64,000 nt of DNA from Paracoccaceae bacterium. Lineage in GTDB: Bacteria > Pseudomonadota > Alphaproteobacteria > Rhodobacterales > Rhodobacteraceae. The stretch spans positions 1,649 through 65,648 of the forward strand of contig JBHJHI010000057.1 of the NCBI GenBank assembly GCA_050330995.1, given 5' to 3'. Below the pieces are notes generated by a model. That model did not search any database. It was not told the DNA's origin and saw only the letters and a list, made by a program, of their open reading frames with translations. This document shows, one piece after another, positions 49,286-57,898 of the stretch (the first letter of the stretch is position 1; each line of letters opens with the position of its first letter). Both the position numbers and the translations under genes were made by a program.

Positions 49286-51868
49286 ATGCAGAAACGCCCC
49301 GCGGCCACCGCGAGGCCGGGGGCGCTCGACCGCGGGACCGCCGCGCTCGCCCGGGCGGCCTGGCGCGCGCCGCGCCTCGCGCTCGGCCTCCTCGCCGCGC
49401 TGGCGCTGCTCGCCGCCCTCGCGGCGACGCGGCTCGGCATCGACACCGACAGCAGCCGGATGCTCGACCCCGGACTGCCCTTCCAGGAGCGCGCGCAGGC
49501 GATCAACGCCGCCTTCCCCGCGATCAAGAACACGCTCCTGGTGGTGCTGCGCGGCGAGCACGCCGACGCCGTCGACGCCGCGACCGCGCGCCTGGCCGCG
49601 GCGATCGAGGGGCGCGAGGCGATAGAGAGCGTGTTCGCGCCGTCCGCGAACGACTTCCTGATCGCGCACGGGCTCCTCTACGAGGATCTCGCCACCGTCG
49701 AGGACCGGCTCGACCGGCTGGCGCAGTCCTCGAACCTGCTCGCGGAGCTTCGCGCGAACCGCGACCTCGAAGGCTTCCTGACCGCGCTCGACCGCGCGCT
49801 GGTCCTGATCGACGGCGCCGGTGCCGACGTCGCCGAGCTGGGGCCGCTGATGGCCGAGGCGGCGCGGAGCGTCGAGGCCGCTGCCGAGGGCCGCGCCCGC
49901 CCGCTCGACTGGTCCGGCGTGGTCGGCGAGGCGGGGCAGGGGCTCACCACCCGCGTGATCACCGTCGAGCCGGTGCTGGACTACACCAGGCTCAACCCCG
50001 CCCGCGCGGCGATGGAGGCGGTCGAGGCCGAGATCGCGGCGCTGCCCGAGGACGCGACCGCGCTGGTCGAGATCGGCGTCACCGGCGACCCGGCGCTCAG
50101 GGCCGAGGAGCTGGAGAGCGTCACCGCCACGCTGCCGCTCTCGCTCGGGCTGTCACTGGTGCTGGTGGCGGCGATCCTCTGGCTCGCGCTCGGCCGGGTC
50201 GCGCGCGTCGCCGCGGCCCTCGGCGTGGTGCTGGTGACGCTGGTGCTGACGACCGGCTTCGCGGCGCTCGCGGTCGGGGCGCTCAACCTGATCTCGGTCG
50301 CCTTCGTGGTGCTGATGGTCGGGCTCGGCGTCGATTTCGCGATCCACCTGCTGCTCCATCTCGACGAGGACGCGGGCCGCGGCCTCGGCCCAGCCGCCGC
50401 GCTCGACGCGACCACGGGCAGCATCGGCGCGGCGCTCGCGCTTTCGGCGGCGACCACCGCGCTCGCCTTCCTCGCCTTCGCCACCACCGATTTCGTCGGC
50501 ATGGCCCAGCTCGGGCTGATCGGCGCGGCCGGGGTCCTCCTGGCGCTTCTGGTGGCGCTGACGCTGATCCCGGCGCTCGCGGCGCTGTTCCCCGGCCTCC
50601 TGCGCGGCGCGGGACCCCTCGCGGTCCCCCGGCTCGGGCCTCGCGCGGCGCGGGCGGGGGCGGGGCTCGCGCTCCTCGTCGGGCTCGGCGCGCTCGTCGC
50701 GGCGCCTGCGGCGCGGTTCGACGCCGATCCGATGGCGTTGCGCGATGCCGACGCGCGCGCGGTCACGGTCTACGGCTGGCTGACCGAGGACCCGGTGCTG
50801 GCGCCCCTGCGCCTCAGCGTCCTGGCCGAGAGCCGCGAGACGGCCGCCGCCGTGGACGAGGCGGCCGAGGCGCTGGCGCCGGTCGCGCGCGCGGTCCGGC
50901 TCGACGATCTCGTGCCCGACGACCAGCTCGCCAAGCTCGACGCGATCGACTTCGCCTACCCGTCGATCGAGTACGCGCTTGAGGGGGAGCCGGTCGCGCT
51001 CGCCGAGCCGCCGGAGGGCGACATCGCCGACCGGCGCGACACGCTCGACGTGGACGGCGCGCGGGCGCTGGCCGCGGCGCTCCGGGACTGGCGCGAGGCG
51101 GCGGGCGGGCTCGACGAGGCCGCGCTCGGGGACGCGCTGTTTCGCTTCTTCCCGATGCTGCTCGACCGCCTCGCGCTCCAGCTCGATGCGGGCGAGGTGA
51201 CGGTGGACGACCTGCCCGAGCCGCTGGCCGAGCGCTACCGGACCGAAGACGGGCTCCTGCGCGTCGAGATCGCCGCGACGGGCGATCTGACCGACCCCGA
51301 GACGCGGCGCGCCTTCGTCGAGGCGGTCGAGGGCGCGATCCCGGAGGCCGGCGGGCCACCCGCGCAGATCGTCGGCGCCGCGGACTCGGTCGCGGGGGCA
51401 GTGACGCAGGCGCTCGCCCTCGCCGCGCTCGCGGTCGTCGTGCTCGGCTGGATCGTGCTGCGCTCGGGGCTCGCCGTGGCGGCGGTGCTGGTGCCCCTCG
51501 CGCTCGCGGGCGTCGTCACCATGGCCGCGAGCGCGCTCCTCGGCGTGCCGTTCAACTACGCCAACGTGATCGTGCTGCCGCTGATGATCGGCATCGGCGT
51601 CGACGCCGGCATCCACCTCGCCGTGCGCGCCGGGCAGCACGGCGCGGGCGGCGTGTTCGCGACCTCGACGCCGCGCGCGGCGCTCGCGAGCGCGCTCACC
51701 ACCATCGCCGCCTTCGGCACGCTGGCGCTCTCGGACCATCGCGGCACCGCGAGCATGGGCATCATGCTGGTCGTCGCGCTGGTCGCGAGCCTTACCATGA
51801 CCTTCGCCCTCACCCCGGTCATCGCCCAGTGGCGGGGCCGCGTCCGACAGACGGAGACCGTTCGATGA
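49286..51868 (+). CDS. hpnN: Hopanoid-associated MMPL/RND transporter
   Basis: Two-repeat MMPL architecture; GLGVDFAIH and GIGVDAGIH motifs; FNYANVIVLPL; hopanoid cluster context. Confidence 0.85.
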   Translation: MQKRPAATARPGALDRGTAALARAAWRAPRLALGLLAALALLAALAATRLGIDTDSSRMLDPGLPFQERAQAINAAFPAIKNTLLVVLRGEHADAVDAATARLAAAIEGREAIESVFAPSANDFLIAHGLLYEDLATVEDRLDRLAQSSNLLAELRANRDLEGFLTALDRALVLIDGAGADVAELGPLMAEAARSVEAAAEGRARPLDWSGVVGEAGQGLTTRVITVEPVLDYTRLNPARAAMEAVEAEIAALPEDATALVEIGVTGDPALRAEELESVTATLPLSLGLSLVLVAAILWLALGRVARVAAALGVVLVTLVLTTGFAALAVGALNLISVAFVVLMVGLGVDFAIHLLLHLDEDAGRGLGPAAALDATTGSIGAALALSAATTALAFLAFATTDFVGMAQLGLIGAAGVLLALLVALTLIPALAALFPGLLRGAGPLAVPRLGPRAARAGAGLALLVGLGALVAAPAARFDADPMALRDADARAVTVYGWLTEDPVLAPLRLSVLAESRETAAAVDEAAEALAPVARAVRLDDLVPDDQLAKLDAIDFAYPSIEYALEGEPVALAEPPEGDIADRRDTLDVDGARALAAALRDWREAAGGLDEAALGDALFRFFPMLLDRLALQLDAGEVTVDDLPEPLAERYRTEDGLLRVEIAATGDLTDPETRRAFVEAVEGAIPEAGGPPAQIVGAADSVAGAVTQALALAALAVVVLGWIVLRSGLAVAAVLVPLALAGVVTMAASALLGVPFNYANVIVLPLMIGIGVDAGIHLAVRAGQHGAGGVFATSTPRAALASALTTIAAFGTLALSDHRGTASMGIMLVVALVASLTMTFALTPVIAQWRGRVRQTETVR

Positions 51869-52437
51869 CGACCCTCGCCCGCCTGAGCCTCGCCGCCGCC
51901 CTCGCGCTCGGCCCCCTCGCCGCGCCCGCCGCCGAGCCGGAGGCCGCCAAGGAGGCCGTGCGCGGCCTCGTCACCGAGGCGCACGAGGCGCTGAGCGGCG
52001 CCGGCGACGTCGATCGGCTGCGCGCGGCGATCGAGCGGGGCTTCGCGCTCGACCTCTGGGGGCGCTACCTGCTGACGGATGTCGAGGACCAGCTCTCCGA
52101 GGAGCAGAAGACGACGGTCGAGGGGCTGCTGCCGGGCTTTCTCGCCGATCTCTACCGCGACCAGTTCGCGCGCGGGCTCGACGAGCCGCCGAGCCTCGGC
52201 GAGGTCGAGGCCCTGCGCCGCGACGACGTGATGGTCGACGTCGTGTTCCCGCGTCCGGGCGGCAAGCGGCTGCCGACCGACATGCGGGTGCGCCCGATCG
52301 ACGGCGAGCCCAAGGTGATCGACATCATGGTGGGCGGCGCCTCGTTCCTCAGGCTGAAGCGCGACGAGTTCGCCCAGATCGTGCGCGACGGCGGGCCCGA
52401 CGCGCTGATCGCGCACCTGCGCGAGAACGGGGTCTGA
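51865..52437 (+). CDS. hpnM: Ttg2D/MlaC-like periplasmic lipid shuttle (HpnM-like)
   Basis: Signal peptide; KVIDIMVGGASFLRLKRDEFAQI...LIAHL C-terminal MlaC motif; ATGA overlap with hpnN. Confidence 0.75.
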   Translation: MTTLARLSLAAALALGPLAAPAAEPEAAKEAVRGLVTEAHEALSGAGDVDRLRAAIERGFALDLWGRYLLTDVEDQLSEEQKTTVEGLLPGFLADLYRDQFARGLDEPPSLGEVEALRRDDVMVDVVFPRPGGKRLPTDMRVRPIDGEPKVIDIMVGGASFLRLKRDEFAQIVRDGGPDALIAHLRENGV

Positions 52438-52598
52438 CGGCGCCCGCCCCCCGCTTTCGGCGAGAAGGCAACACCGCACGGCCTCTCGCGCCGCCCCGGT
52501 GACGGAGCCCCCGTGACGCGGCGCGCACGATCGTTATGTGTCGCCGAAGCCCCCCTGCGCCGACGCCGCGCGCCGATATCACGTCAGGAGACGACCCC

Positions 52599-53723
52599 GT
52601 GGCCATCCCCTTCCGTCAGCAGATGCGCGTCGCGAGCTACATCCTCGGCCAGAAGCTGAGGGGCAACCGGCGCTACCCGCTCGTGCTGATGCTGGAGCCT
52701 CTGTTCAAGTGCAATCTCGCCTGTCCGGGCTGCGGCAAGATCGATTACCCCGAGCTGATCCTGCGCCGGCGTCTCAGCGCGCAGGAGTGCTGGGACGCGG
52801 CCGAGGAGTGCGGCGCGCCCATGGTCGCCATCCCCGGCGGCGAGCCGCTGATCCACAAGGAGATCGGCGAGATCGTGCGCGGCCTGGTCGAGCGGCGCTT
52901 CTACGTCTCGCTCTGCACCAACGCGCTGCTTCTGGAGAAGAAGCTGCACCTGTTCGAGCCGTCGCCTTATCTGTTCTTCTCGGTCCATCTCGACGGCCTG
53001 AAGGAGCGCCACGACGAGGCGGTGGACCAGAAGGGCGTCTACGCGCGCGCGCTGAAGGCGATCAGAGCGGCGCAGGACAAGGGGTTCTCGGTCAACGTCA
53101 ACGCCACGATCTTCGAGGGTCACCCGGCAGAGGAGCTGGCCGACTACCTCGACATGGCCACGTCCATGGGCGTCGGCATCTCGATCTCGCCGGGCTTCGC
53201 CTACGAGCGCGCGCCCGACCAGGAGCACTTTCTCAATCGCCGACGCACCAAGGAATTTTTCCGCGACGTGTTCCGCATCGGCAAGGAGCGGGGCTCCAAG
53301 TGGTCGCTCAGCCACTCGCCCCTGTTCCTCGACTTCCTGCTCGGCAACCAGGAAATGCGCTGCACGCCCTGGGGCATGCCGACGCGCAACGTGTTCGGCT
53401 GGCAGAAGCCCTGCTACCTGCTCGGCGAGGGCTACGCGCGGTCCTACCGCGAACTGATCGAGACCACCGACTGGGACCTCTACGGCACCGGCAACTACGA
53501 GAAGTGCCACGACTGCATGGCCCACTGCGGCTACGAGCCGACCGCGGCCAACATCGCCTTCGCCAATCCCCTCAAGATGCTGAAGCTCGCGTTCACGGGC
53601 CTGCGCACCGAGGGGCCGATGGCCGAGGAGATCGATCTCTCGAACGCCCGCCCGGCCGAAGAGCACCACGAGCGGATCGTCGCCGAGGAGATGGCCAAGG
53701 CTCGGCGCATCGCCGCGGAGTGA
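52599..53723 (+). CDS. hpnH: Adenosyl-hopene transferase (radical SAM)
   Basis: YPLVLMLEPLFKCNLACPGCGK CxxxCxxC, GGEPL, CTPWG, CMAHCGYEP; AGGAG RBS with GTG start. Confidence 0.93.
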   Translation: MAIPFRQQMRVASYILGQKLRGNRRYPLVLMLEPLFKCNLACPGCGKIDYPELILRRRLSAQECWDAAEECGAPMVAIPGGEPLIHKEIGEIVRGLVERRFYVSLCTNALLLEKKLHLFEPSPYLFFSVHLDGLKERHDEAVDQKGVYARALKAIRAAQDKGFSVNVNATIFEGHPAEELADYLDMATSMGVGISISPGFAYERAPDQEHFLNRRRTKEFFRDVFRIGKERGSKWSLSHSPLFLDFLLGNQEMRCTPWGMPTRNVFGWQKPCYLLGEGYARSYRELIETTDWDLYGTGNYEKCHDCMAHCGYEPTAANIAFANPLKMLKLAFTGLRTEGPMAEEIDLSNARPAEEHHERIVAEEMAKARRIAAE

Positions 53724-53761
53724 GAGGCGTCATCCGAGCGATCGTCCGCGCTGCGGCATAG

Positions 53762-53800
53762 GGAGCGGCCCGCCTTCCGGGAAAGGCGCTGCCGCTCTCT
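53762..53800 (+). terminator. Hairpin after hpnH
   Basis: GAGCGGC...CGCCTT-loop-AAGGCG...GCCGCTC interrupted stem, followed by a pyrimidine run. Confidence 0.4.
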
Positions 53801-53855
53801 CCAGTGCCCTCAAGTAAAGTTATCTACAACTCAAATTAGAGATCTCAAGTAACTG

Positions 53856-53879
53856 CGCAACTTTAGCAGGAAAGTTGCG
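53856..53879. promoter_or_regulatory. Palindromic operator candidate upstream of the VPLPA-CTERM gene
   Basis: Perfect CGCAACTTT-N6-AAAGTTGCG dyad inside an AT-rich tract. Confidence 0.5.
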
Positions 53880-54083
53880 AAATAGAGGATTTTTTCTGAT
53901 TTATCGGGAACCGGTCGAACCGCTTTCGGTTACCGGTCCGTCGACACACGAAGTGGATCTCGTGCTTCGGCGGTATGAGGACTGGTAGAACCGAAATGGC
54001 TGGACTCTTGAGCCGGGGGCGGATCTGCCGACCGATCGGGTAGGGTGTATGTTCCAGTCGTTTTATCCAGAGGGAAGACGGTA

Positions 54084-54629
54084 ATGAAGCAACTTCTTCT
54101 TGGTTTTGTGATCACGACCGCGCTGGGGTGGCAGGCCTCGGCGGCACCGATCTCGCCCGGTGGTATGCTGGACACGTCGGACTTCACGCCGCCGGCAGGC
54201 ACCTTCGACGGGGCGCTCGATCCGGGCGAGAGCTTCACGTTCCTGATCGAGCCGACCGAAATGCTGATCTTCGACGGCTCGGTCGCCGGCACCGGCGACC
54301 GCAGCGACCTCGACCTCGTCGAGATCACCGTCAACGGCAATCCGACCTCGATGTTCGAGACGATCGAGGCCGACGACCCCGACCCGGTCACGATGCTCGA
54401 TCCGGGCACCGGCACCGGCTCGTTCCTGATCGAGCAGTTCATGGCCGACGGGAACTTCGGCATCGTGGTCGCGCTGCCGTCCGGTGCGACCGATCCCGTG
54501 TCCATCGCGTTCTCGGGCGAGGGGAGCGCTATCTCGCCGGTCCCGCTGCCGGCCGCGGCGTGGTTCCTGATCAGCGGCATCGCGGGGCTCGGTGCGATGC
54601 GCTATCGCCAGCGCGCGACGCAGGCCTGA
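54084..54629 (+). CDS. VPLPA-CTERM (exosortase target) surface protein
   Basis: N-terminal signal peptide; C-terminal VPLPAAAWFLISGIAGLGAMRYRQR (motif, TM helix, basic tail). Confidence 0.9.
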   Translation: MKQLLLGFVITTALGWQASAAPISPGGMLDTSDFTPPAGTFDGALDPGESFTFLIEPTEMLIFDGSVAGTGDRSDLDLVEITVNGNPTSMFETIEADDPDPVTMLDPGTGTGSFLIEQFMADGNFGIVVALPSGATDPVSIAFSGEGSAISPVPLPAAAWFLISGIAGLGAMRYRQRATQA

Positions 54630-54778
54630 CACCTGCCTACGGGGGGCGGCCCCGCGTCGCCCTCACGCAATGTTTCAGCGCCTTGTGCCCCGCCGCCTCG
54701 TCTGACGACATGATGGCGACGCGACGCCGACAGATGGGCGGGCCCGGCCCGTCCGAACCCGAAGACGGGAGAGCCCCC

Positions 54779-55066
54779 ATGAAGCTCACCGACACCCAGA
54801 TCGCCACCGCCCGCGACGCCTTCGGCGCGGAGCCGCTCGAAGCCGAGCACCCGGTCGTGCCTCAGCTCACCGAGGCCTTCGGCGACCACACCATCTACGT
54901 CGACCAGAACGGCCTTCTGGTGTTCCTCGACCCCGAGACCGAGCTGCAGGAGATCGCCGGCCAGCCGAAGCTCGTGCTGATCGCGGCCTGGACCGACGAG
55001 AACAAGAACGCGCTCGGCAAGGTCGAGCCGGTCGACACCGGCATGACGCTGCCCGAGGCGGCGTGA
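54779..55066 (+). CDS. Small acidic conserved hypothetical protein
   Basis: GGGAGAG RBS; HPVVPQLTEAFGDHT motif; own terminator. Confidence 0.7.
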   Translation: MKLTDTQIATARDAFGAEPLEAEHPVVPQLTEAFGDHTIYVDQNGLLVFLDPETELQEIAGQPKLVLIAAWTDENKNALGKVEPVDTGMTLPEAA

Positions 55067-55098
55067 TCCGACGCTCCATCGGGAGCCCGCCGACGACG

Positions 55099-55130
55099 AG
55101 CCCCGGCCCCTGTGCCGGGGCTTTCTCGTT
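55099..55130 (+). terminator. Rho-independent terminator
   Basis: AGCCCCGGC-CCCTGT-GCCGGGGCT stem followed by TTCTCGTT. Confidence 0.65.
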
Positions 55131-55151
55131 CGGCAACCGCGGGTAGGCGCC

Positions 55152-55886
55152 TCAGGGACGCTCGTCGAGCAGGGCGACCAGCGCCGGTGCCGCGCGCGCG
55201 AGCGCGGCGAGGGCACGGCGGCTGTCGCGACCGGCGCGCAGCAGCGCCGGCAGATCGCCCGGGCGATGCACGAGGCCCGTGAGCACACGGCCGATCCGAG
55301 GCCGGCCGTCGGCGCCGACAGCCTCGGCGGCGAGCCGGGGCAGGGCGGTCGCCGCCTCGTCGCCGATCACGCGGAGCACGCCCGCGCGAGCCCCGCATGC
55401 CGCGGCCGCCCGTGCGACGGCGTGGCTCTCCATGTCGACCGCCACGGCGTCGTGCCGGGCCGCGAGGGCGCGCTTCTCCCCCGGCCCGGCCGCGACGCGG
55501 TCGAGGCCGAGCAGCCGGCCCGACGCCACGCCCCCGCCGAGCCGCGCGCGCAGCCGTGCCCCTACCTGCGGGTCGAGCGCGACGGCCACGGCGTCCTCGC
55601 CGACGACGACGTCCGGCACCACGAGCGTCCCGGTCGCGAGCGCCGGGTCGAGCCCGCCCGCGAGACCGACGCTCAGGATCAGCGGACACCCGGACGCCGC
55701 CATCGCCGCCGCCGCCTCGGCCGCCCGCGCCGCGCTCGCGCCGCTGACGGCGACGCGGACGCTAGGGCCGCCCGGCACGCCGAGCGCATCCCGTTCCATC
55801 GCGAGGCCGCAGACGATGCCGAGCCGGAGCGCTCCGGACGCCGGGCCGGGGCGGAGCGCGCCCTGTTCCTCGGCCGCGGACGCCAC
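55152..55886 (-). CDS. hpnG: Adenosylhopane nucleosidase / phosphorylase
   Basis: [30 protein letters not shown] (PNP/UDP phosphorylase fold); directly after shc. Confidence 0.85.
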   Translation of the reverse strand: MASAAEEQGALRPGPASGALRLGIVCGLAMERDALGVPGGPSVRVAVSGASAARAAEAAAAMAASGCPLILSVGLAGGLDPALATGTLVVPDVVVGEDAVAVALDPQVGARLRARLGGGVASGRLLGLDRVAAGPGEKRALAARHDAVAVDMESHAVARAAAACGARAGVLRVIGDEAATALPRLAAEAVGADGRPRIGRVLTGLVHRPGDLPALLRAGRDSRRALAALARAAPALVALLDERP

Positions 55887-55894
55887 GGCGGGCC

Positions 55895-57898
55895 TCAGAT
55901 CCCCCAGCCGACCTCGCGGTCGTTCGAGGCCATGAGCTTCTCGTAGCGCCCCATCGCCCAGAGCGGGAAGAACGCCGCGTAGCCATGGTACTTGAGGTAG
56001 AACACCTTGGGAAAGCCGGTGCCGGTGAAGTGCGGCTCGTGCCAGCGCGGCCCCGAGCCCTCGCGCGGTGCGGTCGCGAGCCAGTCGATGCCGCGCCGCG
56101 TCGCGGCGTCCTCGACCTCGCCGGCCGACATCAGCCCGAGCAGCGCCCAGGCGGTCTGCGACGGCGTCGAGGCCTGATCGAAGCCCTCGCCCACGCCCTC
56201 GTAGCTCTCGAGCCCCTCGCCCCAGCCGCCGTCCGGGCGCTGGTGGGCCTTCAGCCACGCGACCGCGCGGCGGACGTACGGCGCCTGCATGTCCTCGCCC
56301 GCGCCCTTGAGCGCGACCAGCGCCGACCAGGTGCCATAGACGTAGTTCGCGCCCCAGCGGCCGTACCACGAGCCGTCGGGCTCCTGCTCGGCGCGGATGA
56401 AGTCGATGCCGCGGCGGATGTTGTCGGCGTAGGTGACCGGGTCGATCTGCGCGAGCGCGCCGACGCAGCGCGCGGTGACGTCGACCGTCGGCGGGTCGAG
56501 CAGCGCGCCGTGGTCGGCGAAGGGGATCGAATTCAGGTAGTAGTGCTCGTTCTCCGGGTCGAAGGCGCCCCAGCCGCCCGAGCGCGACTGCATCCCCGCG
56601 AGCCACTCGCAGCCGCGCTCGATGTTGAGCGCGTAGCGCTCGGGGTCGCAGCGATGCATCGCCATCACCACCACGGCGCTGTCGTCCACGTCCGGGTAAT
56701 CGGGGTTCTCGTACTGGAAGGCCCAGCCGCCCGGCCGCAGGCCGGGGCGGCGCACCGCCCAGTCGCCGACGTGGTCGAGGATCTGCTTGTCGGCCAGCCA
56801 GTCGAGCATGTGGCGAAGCCGCGGGTCCTCGCGCTCGCCGGCCTCCATCATCGCGTGCGCGGCGAGCGCGCTGTCCCAGACCGGCGAGAGGCAGGGCTGG
56901 AAGTAGAGCTGCTCGCCGCGCTCGGTCATCAGCTTCTCGACCGCCCCGCGCGCCGTCAGCATCTCGGGGCTGTCGTCGGCGTAGCCGAGCACGCGCAGCG
57001 CCATCACCGCGTTCGCCATCGCCGGGTAGATCGCGCCGAGCCCGTCGTCGCCGTTGAGGCGCGCGAGGGTGAACGCCTCCGCCTTGCGGATCGCGCGCTC
57101 GCGCGTGCCGCGCGGGAAGAACGGCTCGGCGTGCTGGAGCGCGCGGTCGAGAAGGAGGAACATCTCGCCGATGCGCGAGCCCGTCGGGTTGATCTGCCAG
57201 ACGCGCTGCGCCTCGGGCGCCACCGTGAACAGCTCGCGGATGGTGCGCCCCGTGGGGTTCTGGGCCTTCGCGCGCTTGGCGTAGAGGATCAGGAGCGGCG
57301 TCAGCACCGTGCGCGACCAGTAGGCGATCTTCGACATGTGGAACGGGAACCATTCCGGCATGAGGATCGCCTCGACCGGGATGCAGGGCATGCCCCGCCA
57401 CGGGATCTCGCGGTAGAGCGCCATCATGATGCGCGTGAAGACGTTGGCCTTGGCCGCGCCGCCCTGGCGCAGGATCCAGCGCCGGGCGCGCGCCATGTGC
57501 TCGGCGTCCGGGTCGTCGCCGATCAGCTTCAGCGCCCAGTAGCCCTTCACGCTCGCCGAGACGTTGCCGCGGCCCTCGTGGAACAGGGGCCACGAGCCGT
57601 CGGCGTTCTGCACCGAGCGGATGTACTTGGCGATGCGCGCCTCGCGGGGCGCGTCGATCTCGCCGAGGAAGTGGCGCAGCAGCACGTACTCGGCCGGGAT
57701 GGTGCAATCGGCCTCCAGCTCGAACACGAGGTGGCCGTCGCCCTTCTGCATCGCCCAGAGCTTGTCGGACTGGCGCTCGATCAGCCGCAGACGGCTCTGG
57801 CGCTCGTCGCGCTCGCTCGGGGTCGCGCCGAAGGGGTCCGGTCCCGGCACGGCCTCCGCGCCTTCGAGATCCCAGTCGGCTCCGGCCGTTCTCTTCAT
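55895..57898 (-). CDS. shc: Squalene-hopene cyclase
   Basis: ELEADCTIPAEY, SPVWDSAL, GGWAFQY, DVDDSA (DXDD), QW repeats, GTGFPKVFYLKYHGY. Confidence 0.97.
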   Translation of the reverse strand: MKRTAGADWDLEGAEAVPGPDPFGATPSERDERQSRLRLIERQSDKLWAMQKGDGHLVFELEADCTIPAEYVLLRHFLGEIDAPREARIAKYIRSVQNADGSWPLFHEGRGNVSASVKGYWALKLIGDDPDAEHMARARRWILRQGGAAKANVFTRIMMALYREIPWRGMPCIPVEAILMPEWFPFHMSKIAYWSRTVLTPLLILYAKRAKAQNPTGRTIRELFTVAPEAQRVWQINPTGSRIGEMFLLLDRALQHAEPFFPRGTRERAIRKAEAFTLARLNGDDGLGAIYPAMANAVMALRVLGYADDSPEMLTARGAVEKLMTERGEQLYFQPCLSPVWDSALAAHAMMEAGEREDPRLRHMLDWLADKQILDHVGDWAVRRPGLRPGGWAFQYENPDYPDVDDSAVVVMAMHRCDPERYALNIERGCEWLAGMQSRSGGWGAFDPENEHYYLNSIPFADHGALLDPPTVDVTARCVGALAQIDPVTYADNIRRGIDFIRAEQEPDGSWYGRWGANYVYGTWSALVALKGAGEDMQAPYVRRAVAWLKAHQRPDGGWGEGLESYEGVGEGFDQASTPSQTAWALLGLMSAGEVEDAATRRGIDWLATAPREGSGPRWHEPHFTGTGFPKVFYLKYHGYAAFFPLWAMGRYEKLMASNDREVGWGI

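Noticed and set aside
53997-54012. Sigma-54 promoter for the VPLPA-CTERM gene (TGGC-N7-TTGA)
   Set aside because: The invariant -12 GC is GA here.
53819-54071. DnaA-box-like 9-mers (TTATCTACA, TTATCCAGA) in AT-rich DNA suggesting a replication origin
   Set aside because: Only two imperfect boxes about 240 bp apart, with no origin-associated genes nearby.
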